Assembly (NCBI GenBank): GCA_017630495.1
Contig: JAGBVD010000056.1
Span: 1 to 55,964 of the forward strand
Reading direction: 5' to 3'
Length of the DNA stretch: 55,964 bases
DNA from: Oscillospiraceae bacterium
GTDB lineage: Bacteria > Bacillota > Clostridia > Oscillospirales > Oscillospiraceae
In this document: in pieces, positions 9,327 through 18,225 of the stretch
Position numbering within the stretch: position 1 is the stretch's first letter
Layout of the letters: each line of letters begins with the position of its first letter
Position numbers and translations under genes: made by a program
Notes under the pieces: model-generated
The model's input: the letters and a program-made list of their open reading frames with translations, nothing else
What the model was told of the DNA's origin: nothing
Databases searched by the model: none

Positions 9327-12116
9327 ATGGAGTATAAAAATACGATCATTACCCCGAAGACAGACTTTCCCATGAAGGCCGGTCTTCCTGCCCGGGAGCC
9401 GGGTATGCTGGAACGCTGGCAGGAGCAGAATCTGTATCAGCTGATGCTGGAAAAGAACAAGGACCTTCCTCCCTTCATTTTGCACGATGGCCCTCCCTTC
9501 TCCAACGGTTACATTCATATGGGCCACGCTCTGAATAAGACACTGAAAGATTTCATTGTCCGCAGCCGCGCTATGATGGGTTACTACACCCCTTATGTCC
9601 CCGGCTGGGACAACCACGGTCTGCCCATTGAGCGCGCCATTGAAAAGTCCAAGAGCAAGCTCAACAAGGATATGTCCGTTTCCGAATTCCGTACCGCTTG
9701 TGAGGCCTTTGCAGAGGATTTCATTCAGAAGCAAATGGGCGGCTTTAAGCGGCTGGGTGTTGTGGGTGATTGGGAGCATCCCTACCGCACAATGGATCGC
9801 CATTTTGAAGGCCAGGAGGTCAAGGTCTTTGGCCGTATGTTTGACAAGGGCTTTATCTACAAGGGTCTCAAGCCCGTTACCTGGTGTCCTGCCTGCGCTA
9901 CCGCTGTGGCAGAAGCCGATATTGAGTATCAGGACGATCCCTGTACCTCTGTGTATGTCAAGTTCGCTATGGCCGACGATCTGGGCAAGCTCTCCGGCTT
10001 TGACCTGAGCAAGACCTACTTCGTGATCTGGACCACCACCATCTGGACACTGCCCGGTAATATGGCTATCTGCCTGCACCCCAGAGACAGCTATGTGCTG
10101 GTCAAGGCTGAAAACGGTGAGACTTACATTATGGCCCAGGCCCTGATGGAAAAGACCATGAAGCTGGGCGGCTTTGAAAACTATGAGGTCCTTGCCACCT
10201 ACCCCGGCAGCTTCTTTGAAAATATGCTGGCAAAGCACCCCTTCCTGGACAAGACCTCCCGTCTGGTCTATGCCGAGTATGTTACCATGGATTCCGGTAC
10301 CGGCTGTGTTCACACCGCTCCCGGCTTCGGTGCAGACGACTATCAGACTTGTATGCGCTACGGTATGGAGCTGGTTGTGCCTGTTGACGATTACGGCCGC
10401 CACACCGACTATGCCGGCAAGTACGCAGGTATGAAGACCGAAGAATCCAACCCGGTCATCCTTGCCGATATGAAAGAAACCGGCGCCCTGTTTGCTTCCG
10501 AAGAGATTATCCACTCCTACCCCCACCACGACCGTTGTAAGAAGCCTGTGATCTTCCGGGCAACTCCCCAGTGGTTCTGCTCTGTGGAATCCTTTAAGGA
10601 CAAGGCTATCGAGGCCATTGAAAATGTCCAGTGGTTCCCCGGCTGGGGCGGCGAGCGTATGGTCAGTATGATCCGTGAGCGGGCCGACTGGTGTATCTCC
10701 CGTCAGCGTCGCTGGGGTCTGCCCATCCCGGTGTTCTACTGCACCGATTGCGGCAAGCCTGTTTCCACTCCCGAATCCATCGAAAAGCTGTCCAAGCTCT
10801 TTGACGAGCACGGCTCCAACATCTGGTTTGAAAAGGAAGCTATGGAGCTTGCTCCTGAAGGCTTCACCTGCCCCCACTGCGGTGGCAAGAACTTCACCAA
10901 GGAGACCGACACCCTGGACTGCTGGTTTGACTCCGGCTCTACCCACTTTGCCAGCTTGATGCACGACACCCCCGAACTGTGGCCTGCAGATGTGTATCTG
11001 GAAGGTGCTGACCAGTATCGTGGTTGGTTCCAGTCCTCCCTGCTGACCTCCGTGGGTGCGTTGGACAAGGGCGCGCCCTTCAAGCAGGTGCTGACCCACG
11101 GCTGGGTCGTGGACGGTCAGGGCCGCGCAATGCACAAGAGTTTGGGCAACGGTGTTGACCCTGCCGATTTGATCAAGGACTTCGGCGCAGACATCGTTCG
11201 TCTGTGGTCTGCCTCCTCTGACTACCACGCAGATGTCCGCTGCTCCAAGGAGATCTTTAAACAGATCGCCCAGAACTACCTGAAGTTCCGCAACACTGCC
11301 CGTTACTTCCTGGGCAACCTCAATGAGTTTGACCCCAACAATCTGGTGCCGGTGGAACAGCTGGAAGAACTGGACAGATGGGCGCTGACAAAGCTGAATG
11401 CTCTGGTAAAGGCCTGCCGGAAAGCTTACGAAAATTACGAGTTCCATCAGGTGTCCCACGCTATCAACGATTTCTGCGTTGTGGAGCTTTCCAGCTTCTA
11501 TCTGGACATTTTGAAGGACAGACTGTACTGTGAGGAAAAGGACGGCCTGCGCCGCCGCTCCGCATTGAGCGCGCTGTTCCTCATTGTGGATGCCCTGGCA
11601 AAGCTGTTTGCCCCCATCCTGGCATTTACCTGCGACGAGATCTGGCAGGCAATGCCCCACCGCAAAGAAGACGACGGCAGAAATGTGCTGCTCAACCAGA
11701 TGCCCGAAAACTTCGACGAGTACGTGCTGGATGATGCTGCTATGGAAAAGTGGGCAACCGTCATCAAGCTGCGTCAGGATGTCAACGGTGTTCTGGAAAC
11801 TGCCCGGGCCGACAAGAGAATCGGCAAGGCACTGGAAGCACATGTATGTCTGCAGACCGAAGATACCGCATTGGTCGAAGCCTGCAAGGATGTGAACCTG
11901 GCTGAGGTTTGCATTGTTTCCGCCTGCACCTGGGAAGCAATTCCCCAGGGCGCTGTCTGTGGCGAAGGTGCCAATCTGCCCCAGCTGAAGATCGGTGTTA
12001 CCGAAGCTCGCGGCGAAAAGTGCCCCCGCTGCTGGATGCACTCCGAAAAGGCTAACGCTGACGGACTGTGCGAGCGCTGCGCAAGCGTTATTTCCAAAAT
12101 GGATATTGAGATCTGA
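9327..12116 (+). CDS. ileS: Isoleucine--tRNA ligase (IleRS1 type)
   Basis: LHDGPP..HMGH, PGWDNHGLPIE, WTTT, GTGCVH, WCISRQR.WG, AMHKS (KMSKS variant) and C-terminal CPRC..CERC zinc finger; Ile T-box upstream. Confidence 0.98.
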   Translation: MEYKNTIITPKTDFPMKAGLPAREPGMLERWQEQNLYQLMLEKNKDLPPFILHDGPPFSNGYIHMGHALNKTLKDFIVRSRAMMGYYTPYVPGWDNHGLPIERAIEKSKSKLNKDMSVSEFRTACEAFAEDFIQKQMGGFKRLGVVGDWEHPYRTMDRHFEGQEVKVFGRMFDKGFIYKGLKPVTWCPACATAVAEADIEYQDDPCTSVYVKFAMADDLGKLSGFDLSKTYFVIWTTTIWTLPGNMAICLHPRDSYVLVKAENGETYIMAQALMEKTMKLGGFENYEVLATYPGSFFENMLAKHPFLDKTSRLVYAEYVTMDSGTGCVHTAPGFGADDYQTCMRYGMELVVPVDDYGRHTDYAGKYAGMKTEESNPVILADMKETGALFASEEIIHSYPHHDRCKKPVIFRATPQWFCSVESFKDKAIEAIENVQWFPGWGGERMVSMIRERADWCISRQRRWGLPIPVFYCTDCGKPVSTPESIEKLSKLFDEHGSNIWFEKEAMELAPEGFTCPHCGGKNFTKETDTLDCWFDSGSTHFASLMHDTPELWPADVYLEGADQYRGWFQSSLLTSVGALDKGAPFKQVLTHGWVVDGQGRAMHKSLGNGVDPADLIKDFGADIVRLWSASSDYHADVRCSKEIFKQIAQNYLKFRNTARYFLGNLNEFDPNNLVPVEQLEELDRWALTKLNALVKACRKAYENYEFHQVSHAINDFCVVELSSFYLDILKDRLYCEEKDGLRRRSALSALFLIVDALAKLFAPILAFTCDEIWQAMPHRKEDDGRNVLLNQMPENFDEYVLDDAAMEKWATVIKLRQDVNGVLETARADKRIGKALEAHVCLQTEDTALVEACKDVNLAEVCIVSACTWEAIPQGAVCGEGANLPQLKIGVTEARGEKCPRCWMHSEKANADGLCERCASVISKMDIEI

Positions 12117-12120
12117 ACTT

Positions 12121-12157
12121 AAAAATGGCCCGTCGGCATTGCCGACGGGCCATTTCA
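12121..12157. terminator. Bidirectional terminator between convergent ileS and metY
   Basis: Inverted repeat AAATGGCCCGTCGGCA-T-TGCCGACGGGCCATTT (12123-12155) with A/T tails. Confidence 0.85.
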
Positions 12158-12162
12158 TTATG

Positions 12163-13449
12163 TTATACTTTTTCAATTGCCTGGGCGATATCTTCCAGCA
12201 GATCCTGCACATTTTCCAAACCGCAGGACAGACGGATCAGATCCGCACCTACTCCGGCTTCGTCCAGCTGCTTATCGGTCATCTGCCGGTGAGTAGAGCT
12301 GGCAGGATGCAGACAGCAGGTCCGGGAATCTGCCACGTGGGTCTCAATAGAGCCCAGCTGCAAATGCTGCATAAACACCTCTGCCGCCTTGCGACCACCC
12401 TTCAATCCGAAGGAGATAACACCGCAGGAGCCGTTCGGCATATACTTCTGGGCCAGGTCATAATACTTATCGCCCTTCAAACCGCAGTATCTAACCCAAG
12501 CAACCTTTTCGTTGCTTTGCAGATACTCGGCAATCGTCTGGGCATTGGCACAGTGCTGCTTCATACGGAAAGGCAGGCTCTCCAGGCCCAAATTCAAATA
12601 GAAAGCGTTCTGGGGAGACTGGACAGAGCCCAGATCCCGCATCAGCTGTACGGTACACTTGGTGATAAACGCGCCAGCCAGGCCGAAATGCTCGGTATAG
12701 GTCACACCGTGATAGCTTTCATCCGGTGTGCAGAGACCGGGGAATTTGTCCGGATACTTTGTCCAGTCAAACTTGCCACCGTCAACAATACAACCACCCA
12801 CGCTGACACCGTGACCGTCAATGTACTTGGTGGTGGAATGGGTCACGATATCGGCGCCCCATTCGATGGGCCGGCAGTTGACCGGTGTAGCAAAGGTATT
12901 GTCCACAACCAGCGGTACACCGTGCTCGTGTGCCACCTTTGCAAACCGCTCAATGTCCAGCACCGTCAGTGCCGGGTTGGCGATAGTCTCGCCAAACAAG
13001 GCCTTGGTATTGGGCTTGAATGCAGCGTGCAGTTCTTCTTCCGTACAATCCGGGTCGACAAATGTAACATCGATACCCATACGGCGCATTGTTACATCCA
13101 GCAAATTGAAGCTGCCACCGTAAATGGCAGAACTGGAGACGATGTGATCGCCGCAGGAGGCAATATTAAACAATGTAAAGAAATTAGCCGCCTGACCGGA
13201 ACTGGTCAGCATGGCCGCCGTGCCGCCCTCCAGAGCAGCAATTCTGGCTGCCACCATATCGCAGGTGGGGTTTTGCAGCCGGGAGTAAAAATATCCGGAT
13301 GCCTCCAGGTCGAACAGCTTGCCCATATCTTCGGAGGTCGCATACTTAAATGTTGTACTCTGAATAATAGGCATCTGCCGGGGCTCGCCGCTGGCGGGGC
13401 TGTAGCCGGCCTGAATGCATAAAGTTTCTGTACGAAGCTTCTTGTCCAT
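12163..13449 (-). CDS. metY: O-acetylhomoserine aminocarboxypropyltransferase / sulfhydrylase (Cys/Met PLP family)
   Basis: YSRLQNPT, SSGQAA, ETIANP, VDNTFATP, HSTTKY (PLP lysine), HPASSTH, IRLSCGLE. Confidence 0.88.
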   Translation of the reverse strand: MDKKLRTETLCIQAGYSPASGEPRQMPIIQSTTFKYATSEDMGKLFDLEASGYFYSRLQNPTCDMVAARIAALEGGTAAMLTSSGQAANFFTLFNIASCGDHIVSSSAIYGGSFNLLDVTMRRMGIDVTFVDPDCTEEELHAAFKPNTKALFGETIANPALTVLDIERFAKVAHEHGVPLVVDNTFATPVNCRPIEWGADIVTHSTTKYIDGHGVSVGGCIVDGGKFDWTKYPDKFPGLCTPDESYHGVTYTEHFGLAGAFITKCTVQLMRDLGSVQSPQNAFYLNLGLESLPFRMKQHCANAQTIAEYLQSNEKVAWVRYCGLKGDKYYDLAQKYMPNGSCGVISFGLKGGRKAAEVFMQHLQLGSIETHVADSRTCCLHPASSTHRQMTDKQLDEAGVGADLIRLSCGLENVQDLLEDIAQAIEKV

Positions 13450-13479
13450 CGGGTCTCACCTCTTTGTATTTATAGGGAT

Positions 13480-13551
13480 ATTGTAATGAATCTGCAGTGG
13501 TTTGTCAAATAGATAATTTCATATTGAAATTACCAAATGAATTGCTATAAT
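13480..13551. promoter_or_regulatory. Divergent sigma-A-like promoters for metY (-) and the esterase (+)
   Basis: Minus strand: TTGACA(13508-13503)-17-TACAAT(13485-13480). Plus strand: TTGAAA(13524)-16-TATAAT(13546) with extended TG. Confidence 0.6.
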
Positions 13552-13582
13552 TACAGTACAATCCTTTACAGGAGGCGCAGAT

Positions 13583-14383
13583 ATGCAGAAGATACAAATT
13601 TGGGAAAAAGCTTTCCCTCTATATGACCCACAGATCAAAAGCGAAGCAAATGATAACATCAACACCATCGACTTTTATCCGGTGGAAACGGACAAGCCAC
13701 TTCCCTTGGTGATCGTTTTCCCCGGTGGTGGCTATACCTTCCGCAGCAAGCCGGAAGAAGCCGGGGAAACTGCGCAGTATTTCAATTCCCAGAATATGCA
13801 TGCTGCCGTGGTTCACTACCGGGTCGCCCCCTACCACTATCCTACCGGTCTGATGGATGCCCAGCGGGCTATCAAGCTTTTACGCTATCACGCAGAGAAA
13901 TTATACATTGACCCTGACCGGGTGTTCACCCTGGGTTACTCTGCCGGTGGTCACCTGTGCGGCATGACTGCCACCTTCCCCGATGTCTGCAAGGTTTATG
14001 GTGATGATGTTGACCAACTCTCCCACCGGCCCAACGGCAGTATTTTGTGCTATCCGGTGCTTTCCGCCGATGACGACAAGATGCACAGAAGCTCCTTCCT
14101 GAACTTGCTGGGCGATCTTTTCCCCCAGCGTCAGGACTTCTCTTTGGAAAAGCGTGTCAGCGCAGACACTTGCCCCTGCTTTATTATGCACAGCGCCGGT
14201 GATACAATGGTGCTGCCCACTAACTCCCTCGTCTTTGCCGAAAGCCTTATAAAGCATAATATTCCCTGCAACCTGCATATTTTCCAATATGGCGCTCATG
14301 GTGCTGCGCTGAAGGAAAATGACCCTTGCGGCAAAGCCTGGCCCGCTCTGGCTACGGATTGGATCAAAACATTTGAAAAATAA
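13583..14383 (+). CDS. Alpha/beta hydrolase (carbohydrate/acetyl esterase-like)
   Basis: PGGGY oxyanion motif, GYSAGG nucleophile elbow, D (HSAGD) and H (GAHG) triad candidates; no signal peptide. Confidence 0.85.
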   Translation: MQKIQIWEKAFPLYDPQIKSEANDNINTIDFYPVETDKPLPLVIVFPGGGYTFRSKPEEAGETAQYFNSQNMHAAVVHYRVAPYHYPTGLMDAQRAIKLLRYHAEKLYIDPDRVFTLGYSAGGHLCGMTATFPDVCKVYGDDVDQLSHRPNGSILCYPVLSADDDKMHRSSFLNLLGDLFPQRQDFSLEKRVSADTCPCFIMHSAGDTMVLPTNSLVFAESLIKHNIPCNLHIFQYGAHGAALKENDPCGKAWPALATDWIKTFEK

Positions 14384-14421
14384 AACTACCGGTCTTGGAC
14401 ATTTCCAAGACCGGCTTTTTT
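14384..14421. terminator. Bidirectional terminator between esterase and hydrolase
   Basis: CCGGTCTTGGA-CATT-TCCAAGACCGG followed by a T-run. Confidence 0.75.
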
Positions 14422-15355
14422 ATAACAAATATAAATTCCTGTCTTCCAGATCAACAGCGCCCATATCCACTCTCCGGGGCGCCGGGTCATCATAAGTGGT
14501 ATAATAATAAGCAAGCGTGTCAGTATTGCAGCAGCAGGAATACCGGGTATACTCATATTCTCCCCCGGAAGCCTCAACGCAGCCTTTGGGCATTGCCACA
14601 GACTGCAGGATGTGAAAAAACTGGTTGACACTTTCTTCTTCGCTGCCGTTGCAGACGGAATTCTCTTTGACAAACACCGCCTTGACAAATCGGGATGCGC
14701 TGCTATAGTCCCCGGGCAGACCCAACGCGCCCATACCAAGACTATAGTTTTCCAAAGGAATATTGGAAAGCCGGTTTTCTGCGCCGCCGGGGTGCAATGC
14801 CATATAATTATTTACATTCATCGCATGATAATCAAAGGTGGGGTTGTTGGTCAGCACCCCAAAGGGATTTTTATAAACCTCCATTCCCCTTTTCGTGCAT
14901 TCCAGAGTAATGGCGCTATGCTTGTCCCCAATCAGCCAATGCAGCGGTGTTGCCGGAAGCTGATCGCTAAAATCACAATCGACTATATTGATTGTTTCCA
15001 ACACTTTTTCAGCATCCTCCACGCTGTCGCAAGCGCCCAAAAGATATGGGATCAGCTCAAAGGAAGCAATGTTTATCTTACCCTTTTCTTTGGATGCATA
15101 ATGGGCATTTCCCGGGAAATTCAACCCCGCCACACTCAGTCCCTTTTCGTTGGTCGCCTCGAAATACAGGGGGTAATCGTCCACAACCGCAGCCATACCG
15201 ATCATAGCATAATGCGCATCGTAACCGGGCGCAAACCGGAAAGACAGCGGATAGTTTCTGGGTGCTATCACAACACCTTCCCCAAAACCTCTTTCCAGAT
15301 CCAGATTCCTGCCAAAATAGTGGTGCTGTGTCTTATACGAGATGGCCGTACACAT
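14420..15355 (-). CDS. Choloylglycine hydrolase family Ntn-hydrolase (bile salt hydrolase / penicillin V acylase)
   Basis: True start ATG 15355 gives M-C-T (N-terminal Cys nucleophile); GRNLD, NEKGL, VLTNNP, LPGDYSSASRF motifs. Confidence 0.9.
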   Translation of the reverse strand: MCTAISYKTQHHYFGRNLDLERGFGEGVVIAPRNYPLSFRFAPGYDAHYAMIGMAAVVDDYPLYFEATNEKGLSVAGLNFPGNAHYASKEKGKINIASFELIPYLLGACDSVEDAEKVLETINIVDCDFSDQLPATPLHWLIGDKHSAITLECTKRGMEVYKNPFGVLTNNPTFDYHAMNVNNYMALHPGGAENRLSNIPLENYSLGMGALGLPGDYSSASRFVKAVFVKENSVCNGSEEESVNQFFHILQSVAMPKGCVEASGGEYEYTRYSCCCNTDTLAYYYTTYDDPAPRRVDMGAVDLEDRNLYLL

Positions 15356-15404
15356 AAAAATCCCCCGTTTGTTTTTGGATAGTATTCCACGATTTGCAAA
15401 ATTG

Positions 15405-15433
15405 AAACCCCAGGCTCCATAGCCTGGGGTTTT
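15405..15433 (-). terminator. Terminator after the YgjV-family gene
   Basis: AAACCCCAGGCT-CCAT-AGCCTGGGGTTT inverted repeat. Confidence 0.7.
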
Positions 15434-15447
15434 CTTACAGTATATTT

Positions 15448-15990
15448 TCAATTTCTTGCCTTGTCGTGGCGGAACATTCCCACGAAAATAGAAATGAGTG
15501 TGAATATCTCACAGAGGATCGCACCCCAGGAGCCAACGGTAACATTATAGATTAGCCACGCAGGAGAACTGACAAGTCCGCACTTTCGGATGTCCGCCGC
15601 TTTTTTCAATCGGAAACCGACGGTCAGCGCCGTCATACCGACCACCGGCAGCAACTCAATAATGCAATTTTTCACAGACAGTTCTTTTCCAAAAACCGTA
15701 AAATTCAGAACATATACGGCCACATATGCCAAAACAAATCCAACAAGCCACGCTTTGCGATCAGTCTTCAGCCTTTCTTTAAAAAGAAACACAACAGAGC
15801 GCACCAAACCCAACAGGTTCAGAATGCCGCCCACAGCAGCTCCCAGCAGCAGATAGTTAACTGCAAAAAGTCCTGCGCCAAACAGCTGCAGCAAGATCAC
15901 TGTTTTCTGCTGTTTTCCCTGATAAGACAAAATATTAAAGGCCATCGCCACCACACCAATGATTTGGGCAATGATTTCAATCGGTTCCAT
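15448..15990 (-). CDS. YgjV-family inner membrane protein
   Basis: Hydrophobic 180 aa; IAQIIG...SYQ, YLLLGA..GG..N, WLIYN pattern. Confidence 0.7.
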   Translation of the reverse strand: MEPIEIIAQIIGVVAMAFNILSYQGKQQKTVILLQLFGAGLFAVNYLLLGAAVGGILNLLGLVRSVVFLFKERLKTDRKAWLVGFVLAYVAVYVLNFTVFGKELSVKNCIIELLPVVGMTALTVGFRLKKAADIRKCGLVSSPAWLIYNVTVGSWGAILCEIFTLISIFVGMFRHDKARN

Positions 15991-16000
15991 AGTTTCCTCC

Positions 16001-17212
16001 CTAGTGAATAACCCTTCCTGCTAAATACAGCATTATAACGATCAGCAAAAACAATCCCAGATAGATCGCAGCGCCAATGTACCACCGTTGTTTCTTGATA
16101 AGCCGGCAAACTGCAACAGGCAGTAGGATGCTCAGCAATGCTACTACACAAGTAATGGCTAAATTGCCACCGGAATAATACTGGTCCTGCATAAGCCTTT
16201 TAAAAGAAAATCCCGGGATCTTCGGCAGAATTTTCAGTTTAATGGCAACCCCCATCATAATGGCGCAGAAAACGAAGAAAAACTGGTGGTAATACATCAC
16301 ATATTTTGTATTTGACCCAAGTTCCTGCAGTAGTTTGCTGTTCTTGAAATACTTTGACAAGGAATACGCGATCCCCAAGAAGAAAAAGGTGGCTGTAACG
16401 GGTGCTATGACGGCCGTTAAGAAGCCGTAAGGTACTGTGATATCCCGCAGGTCCATATCCCGGGTGTTGTATGTAATATCCCACTGGGTAATGCCAAGAA
16501 CAAACGCCTGCAACAAAAACAGCAGCGCAGCGGTTTTGATGTTTAATATTGGCTGCAAAAGCTTTTCAAAGTATTTGCGGTAGCATACACCCAGCCAGAA
16601 GAAGAACATTAAAAAGCCAAGGCGCAATCCGGTATTCAAAAACTCTCCGCGCGTGCCTTTGTAATCATAAAAAGCCCGGCAGCAGCAGTACAGCGACACA
16701 ACAAATGTTATCGCCAGATACATCAGGTCTGCCTTGTTTCGGGCAATGCGGTCCATCAGGCAGGCGATGACCTCAATGACAAACAGCGTAAAGACAAACC
16801 ACAGGGAGATGTTGATATAAAACTGATACCCGGTGGTAAAGGGTGTAACAAACAAAGCTTTGAGGGTGATCTCTTGGCCATATTCTGCCAGACCAAACCG
16901 CTTCAGGCACAAGGAAAAAACACCAAAAACAGCATTGACAAGCAGTGCCGGAAGCAAATGCGAACGGAGCTTTTTGAGAATGTATTTTCCTGCCGGCAGC
17001 TGCCGGTTAAAGAAATAGCCGGAAATAAAGATAAACAACGGCATATGCCAGGAGTAGTACGGAAAAGCCACATTGAAAAAGTTGGGAATGTCCGTACCGC
17101 CAAAATCCGCGTGACCAAACACCACCGCAAAAATGCCGATGCACTGCAAAATCAGCATCGGGATATTGCGCTGCTTTGGCTGCTGTGTTATAAGGCTTGG
17201 CTGCTCTGTCAT
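16001..17212 (-). CDS. Acyltransferase family 3 (membrane O-acyltransferase)
   Basis: About 10-11 TM segments; TM1 VVFGH, YSWHMPLFIFISGY, LWF, LG..T..VMYYH. Start at ATG 17212. Confidence 0.8.
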   Translation of the reverse strand: MTEQPSLITQQPKQRNIPMLILQCIGIFAVVFGHADFGGTDIPNFFNVAFPYYSWHMPLFIFISGYFFNRQLPAGKYILKKLRSHLLPALLVNAVFGVFSLCLKRFGLAEYGQEITLKALFVTPFTTGYQFYINISLWFVFTLFVIEVIACLMDRIARNKADLMYLAITFVVSLYCCCRAFYDYKGTRGEFLNTGLRLGFLMFFFWLGVCYRKYFEKLLQPILNIKTAALLFLLQAFVLGITQWDITYNTRDMDLRDITVPYGFLTAVIAPVTATFFFLGIAYSLSKYFKNSKLLQELGSNTKYVMYYHQFFFVFCAIMMGVAIKLKILPKIPGFSFKRLMQDQYYSGGNLAITCVVALLSILLPVAVCRLIKKQRWYIGAAIYLGLFLLIVIMLYLAGRVIH

Positions 17213-17245
17213 TTTCTCACCACCCGGCACGCATAATAAACGCTT

Positions 17246-17689
17246 TTAAGACTCTTTTTTCAGTTCCATATAAGGAAGGATTTCAAATCCGCATTTTTTG
17301 TAGACATTGACCGCCCGCGCATTTTCCGCTTCTGCCTCTAAACGAAGCACCGCCTGGGGATATTTTTCTTCAATGAAATGCAAAAACCGGCTTCCCATTC
17401 CCAGTCCCCGATATTCGTCTTTCACATAAAGGTCCTCGATCCATATGCAAGGTTTTCCGAATTCCGTTGAGAAGCTTTTGGCAACCATTGCATAACCCAG
17501 TATGTTTTCTTCATTTTCAAAGATATACCCTTCCAGATATGGGCTATCAGATATACAGTTTTCCACATCGGCAGCAAAGATCTCCTCCGAGCCGTTACTC
17601 AAAACCGCAGCAGATGCATAGAACACGCGCATCATCTCGATTACAAAGGCTTTATCCTTTTGCAGCATATTGCGGATGATCCCTGGCAT
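17246..17689 (-). CDS. GNAT N-acetyltransferase
   Basis: WIEDLYV..EYRGLGMG acetyl-CoA motif A; NARAVNVYKKCGF. Confidence 0.88.
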   Translation of the reverse strand: MPGIIRNMLQKDKAFVIEMMRVFYASAAVLSNGSEEIFAADVENCISDSPYLEGYIFENEENILGYAMVAKSFSTEFGKPCIWIEDLYVKDEYRGLGMGSRFLHFIEEKYPQAVLRLEAEAENARAVNVYKKCGFEILPYMELKKES

Positions 17690-17758
17690 ATGAAAACCTC
17701 CTGAAAGTACTGGTGGAAGTATTATATCATAAAACTATAAGGTAAACAAGGTGTAGCA

Positions 17759-18224
17759 GCATATCGCATTGAAATGGGTTCGAATCTGCTCCCCTCTTAG
17801 CCGGTCTGTAGTCGCAGAAGGGATGGTGGATTCATTTGCATTTTTACGCATTCTTTCCCCAATTTCGAGCCAGCGCACATACCTACATAATAATTTCATC
17901 CCTTTTGCCAAACTCCGTTTGGCGTGGGGGATGGTGTCTCACTTATCGATTTGCATTTCTCCTTCCTTTTTGGGAAGGAGAAATATATGTAGCCCCCTGT
18001 TGCGGTGCCCGAAAAAATCATCGGACTTACGCCAATCCTCGATTTTTTCGACCGCTGCCACTCGCTCACCTCGCTTCATCTGCCACCGGCAGCGCTCGGC
18101 TCGCTCCCCAGTGTTTGCACTGGTCGAAGCGATATGCCACCGGCATATCGCATTTAGATGGGTTCGAATCTCACCATCCCTGGCAAAAGCAAAAACACCA
18201 CCCTATTGGGTGGTGTCTTGCTTT
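17759..18224. repeat. Composite non-coding repeat region containing tRNA-Tyr 3'-end fragments and stacked hairpins
   Basis: 27/29 direct repeat at 17759-17787 and 18143-18171; exact tRNA-Tyr segments at 17820-17833 (14 bp) and 17924-17936 (13 bp); inverted tRNA-end copy at 18161-18180; ATTTGCATTT twice; many hairpins. Confidence 0.8.
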
Positions 18225-18225
18225 T
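18185..18225 (-). terminator. Terminator of the tRNA operon
   Basis: AAAAGCAAAAACACCACCC-TATT-GGGTGGTGTCTTGCTTTT immediately 3' of the tRNA-Tyr CCA. Confidence 0.7.

Noticed and set aside
9318-12212. 964-aa antisense ORF over ileS (likewise 23451-25826, 25944-27851, 28378-29634, 11995-13422, 41062-42327 and others)
   Set aside because: In-register shadows of well-supported genes caused by codon bias; no motifs or RBS.
17759-18171. 29-bp repeat as a CRISPR array
   Set aside because: Only two copies 384 bp apart, no regular spacers and no cas genes.
17775-18185. GGTTCGAATC motifs as additional tRNA genes
   Set aside because: No D-arm, anticodon arm or acceptor pairing; fragments only.
13583-18225. 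Prophage or integrative element at tRNA-Tyr
   Set aside because: No integrase, phage or conjugation genes, and no att copy seen at the far end of the block.
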